From assembly GCA_964270895.1 (NCBI GenBank), contig OZ185442.1: 64,000 bases of DNA; one strand, written 5' to 3'. The stretch's first letter is position 1; every line of letters begins with the position of its first letter. Made by a program: the position numbers and the translations under genes. The notes beneath the pieces are model-generated. The model ran no database searches, was not told where the DNA came from, and saw only the letters and a program-made list of their open reading frames with translations. Source of the DNA: Podarcis filfolensis. Its lineage: Eukaryota. Below are positions 47,601 through 60,402 of the stretch, in pieces.

Positions 47601-49521
47601 TGGGATAAATGCTCTTTGATTTAGCTGTGTCTCTAGGCAGCCTTGGTGGCTGGTTGTGGCTTTGCAAATGTGCTCTTTCCTATTTTTCTCAGTTTTATAC
47701 ATCCTCTGGCAACTTCTTCTTTGGACTCTAATGCGTTGTGTGCAGGGCTGTCTTTGTAGAATATTTGGAAACTTCAGCTCTCAACGGATGCCAATTGGAA
47801 GAAACCCATCACCCTGACACTGATGGACTTGCTCTAACTATTAAAGCCCTAAAGGTTCCAACTCCAGGTTTCTTCAGGGATCAGATCCTCCCATACGTTA
47901 ACAGCTCACCAGACAAAAGTCCTGCTCTCTGAGCACCCACAAAGGCCTTCTGGATCAAGAAGCGCCCACTCAGCATGCTTCCCTATTCTGTGGAATTCAC
48001 TACCTAGAACGTGCTTTTTGTATGGCAAGCTGATTTGCATTTTTGATCTGCGCTTCTGATATGCTACTGGCTGGAACTGGAGCACCTGTGGACTTTAACC
48101 TTGTTTTTATTTCATTTTTTGTGTGCATAACTTGAGGGCCCCATTAGGATTAGTCTGGCAACATATAAATCTGAACAATAAAGGTGCTCCTTGTGAACAC
48201 CACTTTAGAACAGGAGTGCAAATTCCTGACACTTCTTTGCTCCCTACTCCACACAGAGACAGATGTGAGGATCTCCCCTTTCCTCTGCAGAGAGGACTGA
48301 AGGGCCTCTGCAGGCCCATCACAAGCTGTCCTTCGCTCCTGCACCGACAAAACACTTTGCCATCAAATAATCAGAAGTGGCATCTGTAAATACTGCCTGA
48401 GGGCATCCGACACTCTCCTGAAGGAAAATACAGCCGCCCCATCTTCCCCGCTAACAGGAAGGGGGCTCAAAATAGCAGTGCTGTCAACCTGCTGGTGAGA
48501 CCAGGCACATGTTTAATGGCAATCAAATCAGGGAGCAGATCTATCTCCAACAGAGCAGAAGGAAGGGGGTAGCAGCTTTCTGATGGCCTTGCCTGCTTTG
48601 TCGGCATGCTGATTGTTAACAACCTATGCTGAAGATTCTTGATCTCAGCAGGAGATGCCACCTGATTAATTTTTAAGAGGCCCAGCGGAGGACAGGGGCA
48701 CAAACTTCATCCACAGTCTCCACCTGGGCAATCCTAACATGTTGCATCTATTGACCAAACTGGGCAAGGGGTGGCAATAAAGCCAGAAATTCTGTGAGCA
48801 AGATGTGCCACTCCAAAATGCAGCCCCAACTTGCCATCTGCAAAGTGCAAGACTCGCCCACTTTGAAAATGACAGCCAGACCCAGTAATTTTAAGGAGAT
48901 TCTACACATTTTTCCTATCACAAGACAATCCATTAGGAAGATCTTCACAGACCTTTCCCGTACTTCTGAGGAGACATTCCAAGTCTCTGCAAGAAGGCTA
49001 AGGGGTCAGGAGGTAGATATGTCCATGGCTTAAAACCATCATGCCAGTGACTGGAGTCTCTGAACAAAATAAACAGTATGTGGATTCTGGTGCTGGACTT
49101 GGATTCAAGAAAATCTTGTTGGTGTGGAGGAATATTTACTTTATAGTAAATCCTGCTGCTCTAGGAGCCTGGAGGACAGTCTTTGTATCTGATACAGCAT
49201 CACGTTCTGGTTGGGTGTGGTCTTCCAACCTGACCAAGAGAAGGCAAGCTCCCTCCTCTCCCAGAATGAAAGGGAGGGAAACTCTGACCTGGCTTGTGTG
49301 ACTTTTATCAACAGGGTTCCTTAAAAAACTGCTCTGTGTTTAGCAGATCAGGAGTGAAGATCAATACTATAAAAAGCAGACGCAGTCTGGAAAGTTTTCT
49401 AGGAAAAGAAGCAGCAGCAGCCAGGAAGAAAGAGATGTATCAAGGAAGAGAGTGAGGGAAGAGCCCACCAGTGACTGCCTGCCCCCAAACACACACACTT
49501 TACAGCAGCAAGCAGGAAGGG

Positions 49522-49522
<1 letters not shown>

Positions 49523-49574
<52 letters not shown>
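49523..49574. repeat. (GA)n microsatellite
   Basis: Directly visible. Confidence 0.9.
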
Positions 49575-49581
<7 letters not shown>

Positions 49582-50876
49582 CACGTCTGGCTCCCTTGAC
49601 CAAAAAGGAGGAAGGAGGAGCCATTTTCCAGAAATAGAAGCCCTGACATCTCACTGGCTCATGCCTGACTCCTCTCATGCAGGAGTCCAAAAGGAAACGG
49701 CTGGCTACTAGCAGGCCTGCTTTCGATTAGCCTGGCAAGGTAGCTTGGGTTTTCTTTTCATTTTGTTTCTTTGTGGCCTGGGGAAATCTGAAAAAGAGCT
49801 TGCATGAAAGGAATGTCACACAGACGGCACACCAGCGGCTGCTGCAGCCATATCGATGCTGCCCTTTTCGGCTACTTCCTGGGCTGCATTTCAGATTCTG
49901 GTTCTCAATTAGGTGGGTGAAGACAACAAGAACAAAGCCAGGCCCACCCAGATGCCCCTTCTCGCCAAGGCCACTGCTCAAAGCACAACACTACGGAAGG
50001 GCGACAACTCAAGGCCCCCTCATCCAGGTGAAAAGAAAGGAGGAAAAGGGAGAGGAAGAGGAGGAGGGAAAGGCCTCTTCCATTCCCCACCCCCTCCTCA
50101 CCAAGTAGTTTTTTGACATGTCAGTTCTGGAGAAGAGGTTGAAAAGGCCCTGATGGAGACAGCAAACTGCGCTCCCTGGCGAGCGAACGATATAAGATTG
50201 AATGCAAAGATTCTACATACTGAGACACAACAGGCAATTCTTTCCATGCCGCACACCCACACCTGTCACATATGCTTCACGGTGACGACACTCAGCGTTT
50301 TGAGGCTCTTTAGTTACTACCTTGAAGCAACAGCCATGCTGCTTCTGGGGTTGGGGCAGTGAGAGGGGGGAAGGCTACTAAGAAGACTTATTCTGTGTTC
50401 TTGTTTCAAACCAAGAACTTCTTTTCTGCCCTGCTGCACCTCTGGGAAGTTTATAGAGGCTCTCCACAGAAGGTGGAGGGCAGAGGGGTGGTGAGAGAGA
50501 ATAGGAGCAGCAGGAACCAACAGGGGCGATGCTGCAGCTGGCGTCCTCTGTGATCCCAACCGACAGCTGAAGCATTCCACATGGAAACTCCCTTATGTCA
50601 TCTCAGTAACGTGGGAAATGTGGAGCACATACATTTCTGACGGGTGAATTCCATCTCATTAAAAGCCAGCCTCTATCCCCTCCTCCCTCCCTTCCGGCAT
50701 CCTTGGCACAAGCGGCTTGAGGGGGATTATGGCACATGGGCAATGGGAAGGCTGCAGAGAGGCACCCTAGCAAACCGCAGCAGGTGGCACTATCTGCTGC
50801 GCAAGCCCCAAGCGTGCAAGGTTAGTGGCGGCATCATCACCATCATGCAGGACATGCCAACAAGGGTTCACAGCAG

Positions 50877-51168
50877 GCAGGGCTAGGCGATATCAGGCTT
50901 TCAACATTGTGACATATCACCAGGTGTACATTGCAATTTAGTGATATATCATGATGTTGAAAAGGAAGGAGCACCGGCCCTGCAAGGCACTGGGGTGAAG
51001 CCGTCCCTGCCCCTGCCAGTGCCCAGCACAGGGAGGAAGGAGGCAGCCTGCCCATTTGGCCAGAGAAGGGAGTTAAGGTGCCAGCCCCACCCACAATATA
51101 CAGCCCGGTCAAAACGCCATCACAATCTGGACCTCAAACCGGTTCGAGATGATGTACCAATACATCAT
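50877..51168. mobile_element. Putative hAT-type MITE, CpG-decayed
   Basis: Left ggctaggcgatatc..ttcaacattgtga; right aaaccggtt..gatgtaccaatacatcattcaggcct; terminal inverted similarity is only partial. Confidence 0.4.
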
Positions 51169-51824
51169 TCAGGCCTAATGGCAGGAATACCCCCAAGGAC
51201 ACATTACATACTACAACTGATCTAGGCATAGCAAAAGTCAGCTGGGTGCCCCTCTCTGCCTAAGTGGGTCAAAAAAGCCAAAAAGGCCTTGCAGTTTCTG
51301 GCCCTGATGAGGAGATCATTTTCCAAGGTGCTGTCTCAAGGATTCTGGCTCCATGTTCAGGCTCCAACCTGCTTCAAGAGAGGCCACCGGGGGGTGGGGG
51401 TGGGCAGGTGGGTACAGTAATCTAAAAGAGAGAGCCTCTCTGCTGCTGCCTCTCACACTACGCAACCTCTCTATCAGCAGGAGCGGGCAAAACACAGACA
51501 TTTGCACAGATTTCCATTCAGCTATTTATTATTTGCATTCCCTGGCTACAGGCCAGCCCCCTCATTCAGCCTGCCATGGATTTGCTTGCTTTGAAATGGG
51601 AAACTGTGTTGCGATGACGAGCGCAGGCATTTGTCTCACACCTCTGCAGTCTCTGTGCCCACAGTCTGAAATGTGCCTTTGCAGGCTGCAATAGTGCTTT
51701 GCCAGCTCAAACAGCTTGTTCTAAGGGGCTGAGAGCACACAAGACTTTTCCCTGCAGGTCACACAGGAAACTGCCCAACACCAAGTCGGGCTGCTGGTCC
51801 ATTGAGCTCAGCATGGTCTATACC

Positions 51825-51955
51825 CAGGGGATCAGGACCTGTGGCCCTCCAGATGTTGTTGAACTACTACTACCATCATTGCTGGCCATGTTGGCTGAGG
51901 CTGATGGGAAATGGAGTCCAACAACATCTGAAGAGCCGCAAGTTCCCTTCCCCTG
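51825..51955. mobile_element. Hairpin hAT-type MITE (cagggg-terminus variant)
   Basis: cagggg..tgtggccctccagatgttgttgaact / agtccaacaacatctgaagagccgca..cccctg. Confidence 0.8.
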
Positions 51956-52269
51956 GTTGACACTGACTGACAGCGACTCTTCAGACTGCCAGTATTTTGA
52001 AGGAGGGATTCAATAACACACTGGAAATTTGGGTTTGTGCAATTAAAGTGGATTGAAGTGATCTGACACAACAAATTCATTTTTTTAAATAAAAAAAATA
52101 CTTTTTAAACTAAAAAATTGTGGGGCAAATGGTTGATGGGAAGATGTATAACCTCCACACAAGCAGATCAAGAGGGATGCTCATACTCGTATAATCTCCA
52201 CCAAAAGAAATCAGAGTGAACGGTCAATTTAGAGGAGACACTGTGTAACCTCTTCATACAGGAGCATTT

Positions 52270-52347
52270 CCAAGCCCTAGTTGTAGGTGCCAGAGGCTGA
52301 ACCTGATACCTTCTGCGTGCAAAGTGTGTGCTCTACTCACTGACCTA
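52270..52347 (-). mobile_element. tRNA-derived SINE head fragment
   Basis: tgaacctgataccttctgcgtgcaaag..gctctac..ctga.cta. Confidence 0.55.
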
Positions 52348-55340
52348 GTAACCGGCAAGGCCGCAACCCACACTCAGATCTAGATGGAGCCCCTTTTGCA
52401 CCATCTGTGATTTCCAGGGAAGCAGGAATAGGGTGACAAATATCCCTTGGAGTCCAGACACACCCGGAGGTACCTTTGGCTTTCATAAGCAACATTTGCT
52501 AGATAGGACTGAAAATGCTCTAACAGAAAGAGGAAGGTTGCCCAAACCTCATAGGGTAGTTTCAAGGTCTGAATCTGGTTTTCCACATCTGCGGGTAGCT
52601 GTTCTACCTCTGAGTTTGGCATTTGCACATTTCTCCTTGTGTCCATGCAGCCAGGGCAAAACTTGCTACGTAGAGGTGCAAGGGGAAGTTGCTGCTTCCA
52701 GGTTACTAAACTCCAAAGCTTGCTGTGAAGCATCTGGAGACTCCAGGGAAGAGATTGCCACGGCTGAAAGACGGGCTTGATGGCCAAGCAGAATCACACC
52801 CCTGGCACCCCTCAGCCATTCAGGCGCAGCGAGGCACACAGAGCCCTCTATGAGGAGCAGGAGCAGGAGCAAGGCAAAGGCCATTAACCATTCACACTTG
52901 AAAGTCAATAACACTCCAAGGACCACAGGCAGGAAAGAGCAGAGGAAGGTTTGGCCTGCTGTGGAATTATACAAGCCGGAGAAGAACATAGAGAGGGCAC
53001 ACTGTTCGAAGTGTTAATAAAATCCGGAAGATTTAACCAAGCGTGGAGGATCCATTAAATCCAGCCAGACCTGTTGAAAAATGGCAGTTTACTTAAAATG
53101 CCCCTCTTTTATCAATTTTGTGTTGATTGTAGCCATTTTTTGCACAGGTACAGCATACAGCAGGAGGCTTTCATACCCTTTTAATTGCAGCCAGGCGTTC
53201 AAAGGAACAGCAGAGGGTCTGCCCTTCCTATTCTGAAAAAAACCTGTTGTGTTATACATTTTCAAGTCTCTTTGTAAATCAATGGAATATCATTAATGGA
53301 AGAGCACAAATGACTTGTCTGGGCAGAGATTCTTCCCTAAACCAAGATGGCTGCTACAGGAATGAGATGGTTGGAGGAGCTGGTGTTTGTGAGTGACTGG
53401 AGGACAGAAGGAAAAACAAGCTAGGAGTGTGTGTCTATGCAGGTTATCCATGTGTTGTGGCTGAAAGAGAGGAAAGCCTAACATGACCAGACACAGGACG
53501 TAAAGCCTGAGCTTCTGCAACAGGCATGTAAAGAGCCAAACTGTGAAAAGATGGGGGGGGGGAGAAACTGCAGTCCTGACTCCATCATGGACAGGACACA
53601 GCCTTTTCCTGAAATCTGGTTGCTGTGCAATTCCCAAGATCCTGTAGAGATCACAGCCATTATTTTTGGCTTGTTGAAATATGGCCTGTGGTACTGCCCC
53701 TTGCTCAAGCAGAGCCTATGGGAGCAGAAACAATTCGACATGGACAACCATGTTGCATTTTTAGAATGCCCTGATACCAACAAAGCAGAAGGAAGGAGAG
53801 ATACCCCAAGTTCTTGCTTTCCTCTAGTAAACCTTCTCACTCTGGAGGGGCCAAAGCAATGGCAGAAGTTGAACCTAACACTGCCTTTCCCCCTGCTGAA
53901 ACCACAGGATGGAGCTATCACTCCTGCCAGCCCTGCCTTTATTAAAGCTCCAGAGCAGGGAACTAAGGAAAGGAATCATGGAGGATGAGAAAAGATAGTG
54001 GAGCCAGAGGGAAAGGGAGCGTGAGTGAGCAAGCATCTCCCAAGCCATTGTGTTCAAGGCTACCATAAGCCACACAGGAAAATATGAACAGGAAGGAAAC
54101 ACTCTGGAGGGAGGCTCTGTCCTGCAATTGCCCAGATTTCACCCACCCTGCTGGGCTCTCTGCAGAGTTACAGCATCACACCCCAAAGAACTACTCTGAC
54201 TCCTGACTCCAGGCCTCTACAGAAAAGCATGTTGGCCGAGCCTATAACAAGAGGAGAATTGCTGAAAAACTGAGCAGCTGCCACATGGCCGCTCCAGCTC
54301 CACTGCCCCCATCCGCTACACATGAAGATCTGTGTCCAGGCCGCAGCAATGCAGCAGCAGCAGCAGCTGGTGCTGAGCGGCGAGGGAACCCTTTTGGAAA
54401 GTGCAAACACAAGAGGATCAAAGCAGCACCCTCATGGCGGAGTTTGGTGACGTGAGGCTCTGCCGAGCCTGGTAAGAAGCCCCAACTTCTCCTGGCTAAA
54501 AGGGACACCCCCTGGCACAACACTTCTGACTGCCCAGAATTAAGACAGCCAACTTCCCAACAGACCATGCAGAATGACAAAAAATAAAAGGTGGAAAATT
54601 CCGCAACCCATATTTTGAAGCAGCCTTCCTCTGCCAGTATGACAGAGCAAGCATCAAAGAGGCACTTGCAGCAAACGCCATCCCAAAACTCCTGCTTATC
54701 TCTGCTCTCAGAGAGATCAAGAGACACCATGGAGCATGACTGAGCTCTTATGGCCAAGGACTCCCACAGAGCCCAACGGTGAGCACTGGGGGTGTGTGCG
54801 TGTGTGTGAAATGGGCTTGCACACCATTCCCCAAAGGCTCTGGATTGACAGATATAGCAGAGAATCAGCAGGCAAGGACTGTATCGCAAGAACGCCACTA
54901 CTTAAACAGCTTCCAAGGGGTCTACAGGGAACACCTTTAATGTACTATGTAGATGGCATCTGACCCTGTGCAAACAAATATAAACATGAGCTTGAGGCAT
55001 TGACTATTTGAAAATTAAATTCACATGGAAGAACGAGTTCGAACTTGTTTTCTGTTGCTTCAGGGAGCAGCTTCGGAATCAACGGGTTCAAAGAACAAGA
55101 AAAAGGACCTCCAGTAAACTTAAGCCGACGGCACAAGCTTTTTCTGCAGTGGAACAGACCTACCTTGGAAGGTGGTTGCAGCCTCTCCTTCACTACAGAC
55201 CTCTTGGCAAAAGGCTGGACGGGCACCTATTAGGGAAGCTATGGCGACAGATTTTCTGTACCAGCAAGGGGGTCAGATTCGCTGACCTTTGAGTGGAACA
55301 ACACAAAGACAGTGACACTTAAGTCACTTTGTAATAAACA

Positions 55341-55510
55341 CACTTTGCCCCAAGTGTTTATTAAACACTACAGAGGTTTTAGACTGCAATTCCCATCAGC
55401 CCCAGCCAGCAAGGCCATGCTAAGGGAAGACTACACAGCAGGGCTGTCTGGGGCTGATGGGAGTTGTAGCCCAAAGCCTCTGGAGGAGGGCACCAGGTTA
55501 GGGAAGGCTG
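55341..55510. mobile_element. Hairpin hAT-type MITE
   Basis: gactgcaattcccatcagccccagccagc / ctggggctgatgggagttgtagc..gggcaccaggttagggaaggctg. Confidence 0.8.
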
Positions 55511-58103
55511 AGCTGGACCAGAGCTCCGAAGACCCACAGCAAAAGAAAGATCTCTGCCCTCACTCTGTGAAGGAGGTGTCATGCTCCATTCCCTGCCTCT
55601 CTCTGGCTGCTTTCCCCAGCTTGCTTCAAGGCACCAGGAGTTTTGTTTTTGTTTTTTCAACTCGGTTTAAAAGGGGGTTAATCAGCAGCGTATTCTGCCA
55701 GCATCTTCCTCAGAGATGCATGTTTTGCTTTCAGGCTGACAGCTGTGGCCTAATTTCCGAGGCAGCTCAAGCTCCTTATTTCTAACCATTCAATTTCTTC
55801 ATTAGAAACGCAATAGATGAAGACGCTTCAGGAGGGCTAACAAGAGCAAATGCTCACAGGCTTATCCAATTTTGAGGAATATGCAGTGATAAGGCTGCAC
55901 CTTCCTTTTACACAGCATGAGAAAGGTGAATAAATGTTATTAAGGATTTCCACAGAGGGAGGAGGAGTGTTGAAGGCAGATGGCACCTTCAGATACCTTC
56001 ACTGCATTCAGAAATGCATAGGGAATCGGGTGAATAGTTTACACACAAATGATTGCTGACTTAATGGCAGCCAATTAGCATCTTCTGCTACAGAGAACCA
56101 TGGCTTACTTCAGATGTAACAGGAGACCATGGTTTCCTGATACTACATTAGCTAGACATTGCAAGTCTTAGGCTTCTGTATTCCTACTTCTCAATTGTGC
56201 CTGCAAGGAGGCCGGAAGCTTTTGCTTTCAATTTTAGAACAGCTACACTTCTCGAGGACATTGAAACTCAAGGAAGTGTGGTTTGTTTAAATGTATAGTT
56301 ACTGAGAATACTCTTCTATTAATCCCCTTGCTGAAATGGTGGGTGTCCTTTGTCTAGTTGGACCTGGACATCATGGGGGCAAAACAAACTGATAACTAAG
56401 CTACCCAAGTGAATAACCTAAGCAGGGTTTTCAAAAACAGAGTGTCCAACCCCTTCTTCCCAGGTGTGGGACTAACAGACTAGATGAAAGAGCGAGGAGT
56501 GCTAAGATCACAGCCGGCTGTAATGAACTGAATGCATCCTCCAGTCACAAGACTCCACTTGGCAGGAAGAAGGCAAACCCACAAGAAGCCCAGGGGAAGG
56601 CAAACACAGTGGTTCCCAAATGCCACCCTCTTCCCAGAGAGGCACCTGCACTCTGAAGTGGCTCCCTTCTGCACACCACTGACTGTGCAGCCTCCCACGC
56701 CAAGGGCATTCATTCCCCTACTGGCCAAATGCCCACTGGGCGCAGAAGCTCTGTCTTCATATTTAAGGCTGCTGATGGCACCGGAACAGCAAGGACAAAG
56801 AGGAGAAGCGTTTTGCTTTGCTTTGGGTCTTCTTTCTCAGGGACACGTGGGCTACCCTGAAAGCAGGACGTGTCCCTCTTCCTAGGGTTCTCCAGCAGGG
56901 TCTGGTTTAAACTAATCAGCTGCTGCTATGAGGGAAGGGAAGGGGCCGTGGCTCTGCGGGGAAAGGAAGGAGGTTGGGAAATTATTCTCCTTTCCTCCAT
57001 TTTTCTGCCCTGGAAAAATTCTGAACATTTTCAATCCAGGCCAAGGAGAGCCTGCCTATCTCTAGCAGGAAGCTACCAAATCGAAAAACAGACTGGCTTC
57101 GGTTTTACAAGTTGCTCCAATGCCCAAGAAACCCCTCGGAAAAGCTACTCACCCCCCCCCCCCATGCAAAGGTTTTTAAAACAGCAAAAATCACTCCCTG
57201 TCATTCTGGTTCTTCTGAAAGCAGAGTTGCCACCTAGTGTAGATGTAGGGGGGGGGCTTCCACATCACAAGCACTGGCATGCTCAATTTGACCACCTACC
57301 TAACTAGGCAGCCCACCTCCCACTCTCAGAATCTGAAGCCATTAGGCTGCAGATGTGAAGCTTAATGTCAATCAATTACTAAAAATGAGCACTGAGACCA
57401 AGCACGGATGATCCCTGCGTATTTCAAAAGCATCCTCTTATTTATCGGGGATGCTAATAGCGCCAAAGGAGCCATTACCATCTCTGAAATGAATGGTCTT
57501 TGGCCAATATGCCTTCTCCCCACAGAATGGACCAGCTGTTTCCCAAGTAGTTATGCTTAGCCACATGTCAGCAATGAGGGGACCTATCCAGCGCAGACAG
57601 ACCAATTAAGATTTAATTGCAGCAATGGCTACTTAGAGATTGCTTAACTAGTCAATTGTTACCTTGAGATAATCTCAACACCGCCAAGAATGCTTTCTAC
57701 CTTACAAACATCATGCACGCTTTGGGGGAAGGAAAGAGGGAGAGGAAGTCGCTTTGTGCACAGGGCCACCTCCACCACTTTGCAAAGCTCTTGGAAAGTA
57801 CATTGCCTTGCGATGAATGGAAAAGGAGATGCATGAATTAATACATAAATGAGTAAAATAAATTGGACATTTGCCCAACCAAAGGGTCTCCCACACAGAC
57901 GCAAGATGCCTCAACATATTGATGGAGTGTGGTATCATACATTAGCTTAATTTTGTAAATAATCCTATTGCTGTATTGAATGAATCTATTGAACAAATCA
58001 ATCTATTAACTTAAAAAAAAAGCCTGGGCTTGCAGTTTTAGGCAGTTTGCTCAGATGCATTGAGAGCTGGAGGGAGCCTTGTGGAGTTCCTGGAAGCCCA
58101 GTC

Positions 58104-58118
58104 CACACACACACACGC

Positions 58119-58150
<32 letters not shown>
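58104..58150. repeat. Imperfect (CA)n microsatellite
   Basis: Directly visible. Confidence 0.9.
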
Positions 58151-58151
58151 G

Positions 58152-58275
58152 CCAATCCCCAGTACAGCTTGATGCAGGAAAGCCAGAGATCTGGAGCACC
58201 CCGGGTAGACAGATGGCTGTCCAGCCCCTGCTTGCTTAAAGGCATCCAGCACAGGAGAACCCACCACTCCCCTTC
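58152..58275 (-). mobile_element. CR1 3' remnant
   Basis: gacagatggctgtccagccc.tgctt..aaaggcatccag..ggaga.cccacc (reverse of VGSPxLxxFKQ). Confidence 0.6.
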
Positions 58276-58412
58276 AGCTAAATCAGCTCCACTGTCAAAC
58301 TGCTCTCGTCATCAAATATTTTGCTTCATGTTCAACAGAAACCTACCCTTCAAAACGAGAAGGGGAAAGATTAGGGCACCACAGGCATACAGATAAATGT
58401 GGCATCGTACAC

Positions 58413-58600
58413 AGGAAGCTGCCTGATACTGAATCAGGCCCTCAGTCCATCTAGCTCAGTACTGTATGCTCTGACTGGCAGAACCTCTCCAGGGTTTCAG
58501 GCAAGGAGCCTTTCCTAGCCCTATTTGGAGATGCCGTTAGGGATTGAATCAGGGACCTTCTGCAGGCAAAGCAGATGCCCTCCCACTGAGCTACAACCCT
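58413..58600 (-). mobile_element. Near full-length tRNA-derived SINE with CR1-like 3' tail
   Basis: Minus strand: tagctcagtgg (A box)..gattcaatccc (B-box-like)..ctagatggac..ggcctgattcag..ggcagcttcct. Confidence 0.85.
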
Positions 58601-59979
58601 GCCCCATTAGCAGCACTGAGAGGCACCCATGTTGTGCTCTGGCTCCCCTTGCCCTGTGGCCTTCTCTGATCATGCAAGAGGGACTTTAATACCGTGGCTT
58701 CCATTCCACTGGTTTATAACCCAACAAGCCACCTTCTCCTCTCCCATCCTCTGAGAAACCCACTGCCAAAGTGCATTGAGCAAAACAGAAAAATCCAGTC
58801 CTCCTATATCTAAAAACAATGCAAGACCCAAAGACTTCCAGCTTCTAAGAACAGGGGGAGCCCAGGATGAGCATTCCCTGGCCATGCGAACGGGGAAGAG
58901 AATGTCAACAGGCTGCTGCTGCTGCTGCTGGGATTCTGAAAGCCATGGATAGCGGCTGTTTGAGGCTGACACATACTGCTTTGCAAAATGTTAGTAGCTT
59001 TCTAAGACTCAGTGGTATTTAAAAAAAAATTGGAATCTCAAGAAATCTGAAAAAAACCTGACTGGGGTGAATTGTAAGGGCAGAGGTGGGTTGTCTTGAA
59101 AGCACCTGGCATAGGATTCGGTGCAAGTTATCAGCTTTATTGTTATTTTTAAGTCAAATAAAAGGTATCCAACTGCTGTGCAGGGGCCAAAATTCAGCTA
59201 TATCTCAGAAGCCAATAGAGGGGAAAACATTTTTTTTTGGGGGGGGGGACATGTGGCCCTCCTGCAGTTCCCTGGTCCTCTGCACTGACTATGCTGAGTT
59301 GGTGCCTTCCTCTCCACCTGTCTATCATGCTCTCAACTCCTCCCTCTTTCTTAGTCTTTGTAGAAGCAGGCACATTTGTGGCACCTGTTCAACTCAATGA
59401 AAAACATTTGTTTGCAGAGAGAATCTTAACTCTGATTTCCAAAACTTCCAACAACCTTGACATACCCACAGAGCACAGCTACCGATAACACAAGAGGCCC
59501 ATTTCCAACTGGGCAAGTGAAGCCAACTCCACCCTCTTCCACATTCAGCTGTGGACTGCAGTAAACTACTACTTCAAGTGCAGAATGAACACTGTGGCAC
59601 CAGCTGGTCTTTTCCAAAAAGTGCAGCCTGTACCCCAGAATTCAGTGACAAGCTTAGAATGGCAAAGTAATCAAATGACAAAAGGGCTGGAGAACAACCT
59701 GCTTCTTGCTGCCCCCTCAGATTCTCACCAGGACTATGCCCACAAGAGCCTCACGCAAGACGCACTCAAGTCTCCTGAACAGCAAAACAGAATGATGCAA
59801 CCAGAGGTGCTTCTTTCCTTATCCAGCAAAACAGCAAGAGGAAGCACAAGTGATTGTTACAAAGCTTCACACTGGCAGCTAGGTAGAACATGTTATGAAG
59901 AAGGCCCACTAAATACCCTTAGGATCTAAGCAGAGATCGCTGCCACTTCCACTGGATGGTTGGTGTCTTATCTTCTAGA

Positions 59980-60402
59980 GCAGTGGTTCCCAAATTTCTT
60001 GTTTCATTTATTTTTGTTTATTATATTCATATACTGCTCTTCACCCAAAGATCTCAGGGCATTTCACAGGATAAAAATACACTGACCCCTTGGTTCCATA
60101 AACTCATCCCCAGTGCCCCCTTCCCTATGCTATGAAAAGCACTATTCAGAACAGTGGGTTGCATGACCCACTAAGGAGAATAATAACATAATAAAATTCA
60201 AACAGGTAACAATTAATTTCATGTTTATTCAAAATCCAATTAAAACTGTTCAATTTAATTAATTCAACAAAGCTGGTGAACTTGATCCAGTGATACCAGC
60301 TTTTCAAAGTCTGATAATCATTTGCACCTCCAGCACTCTCCTATCACCACGCCTCCTTGCCTCTTAAAGGTTCCCTTAGTAAGCTCAGTACTGCCCACTT
60401 TG
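59980..60402. mobile_element. hAT-Charlie-type nonautonomous element containing an L2-tail-like insert
   Basis: TIR cagtggttcccaaa at both ends; flanks ttctagag / acgtagag (partial 8-bp TSD). Confidence 0.78.

Noticed and set aside
54242-54898. 218-aa minus-strand ORF and adjacent CAG-repeat segment
   Set aside because: No homology I recognise, and composition looks like non-coding DNA.
4083-55510. CRISPR-like recurring repeat actacaactccc
   Set aside because: Dispersed inverted-repeat MITE copies in a vertebrate genome, not a regularly spaced direct-repeat array.
58413-58600. tRNA gene (also 63668-63835)
   Set aside because: The A/B boxes are followed by a SINE body and CR1-like tail; no intact cloverleaf or Pol III terminator.
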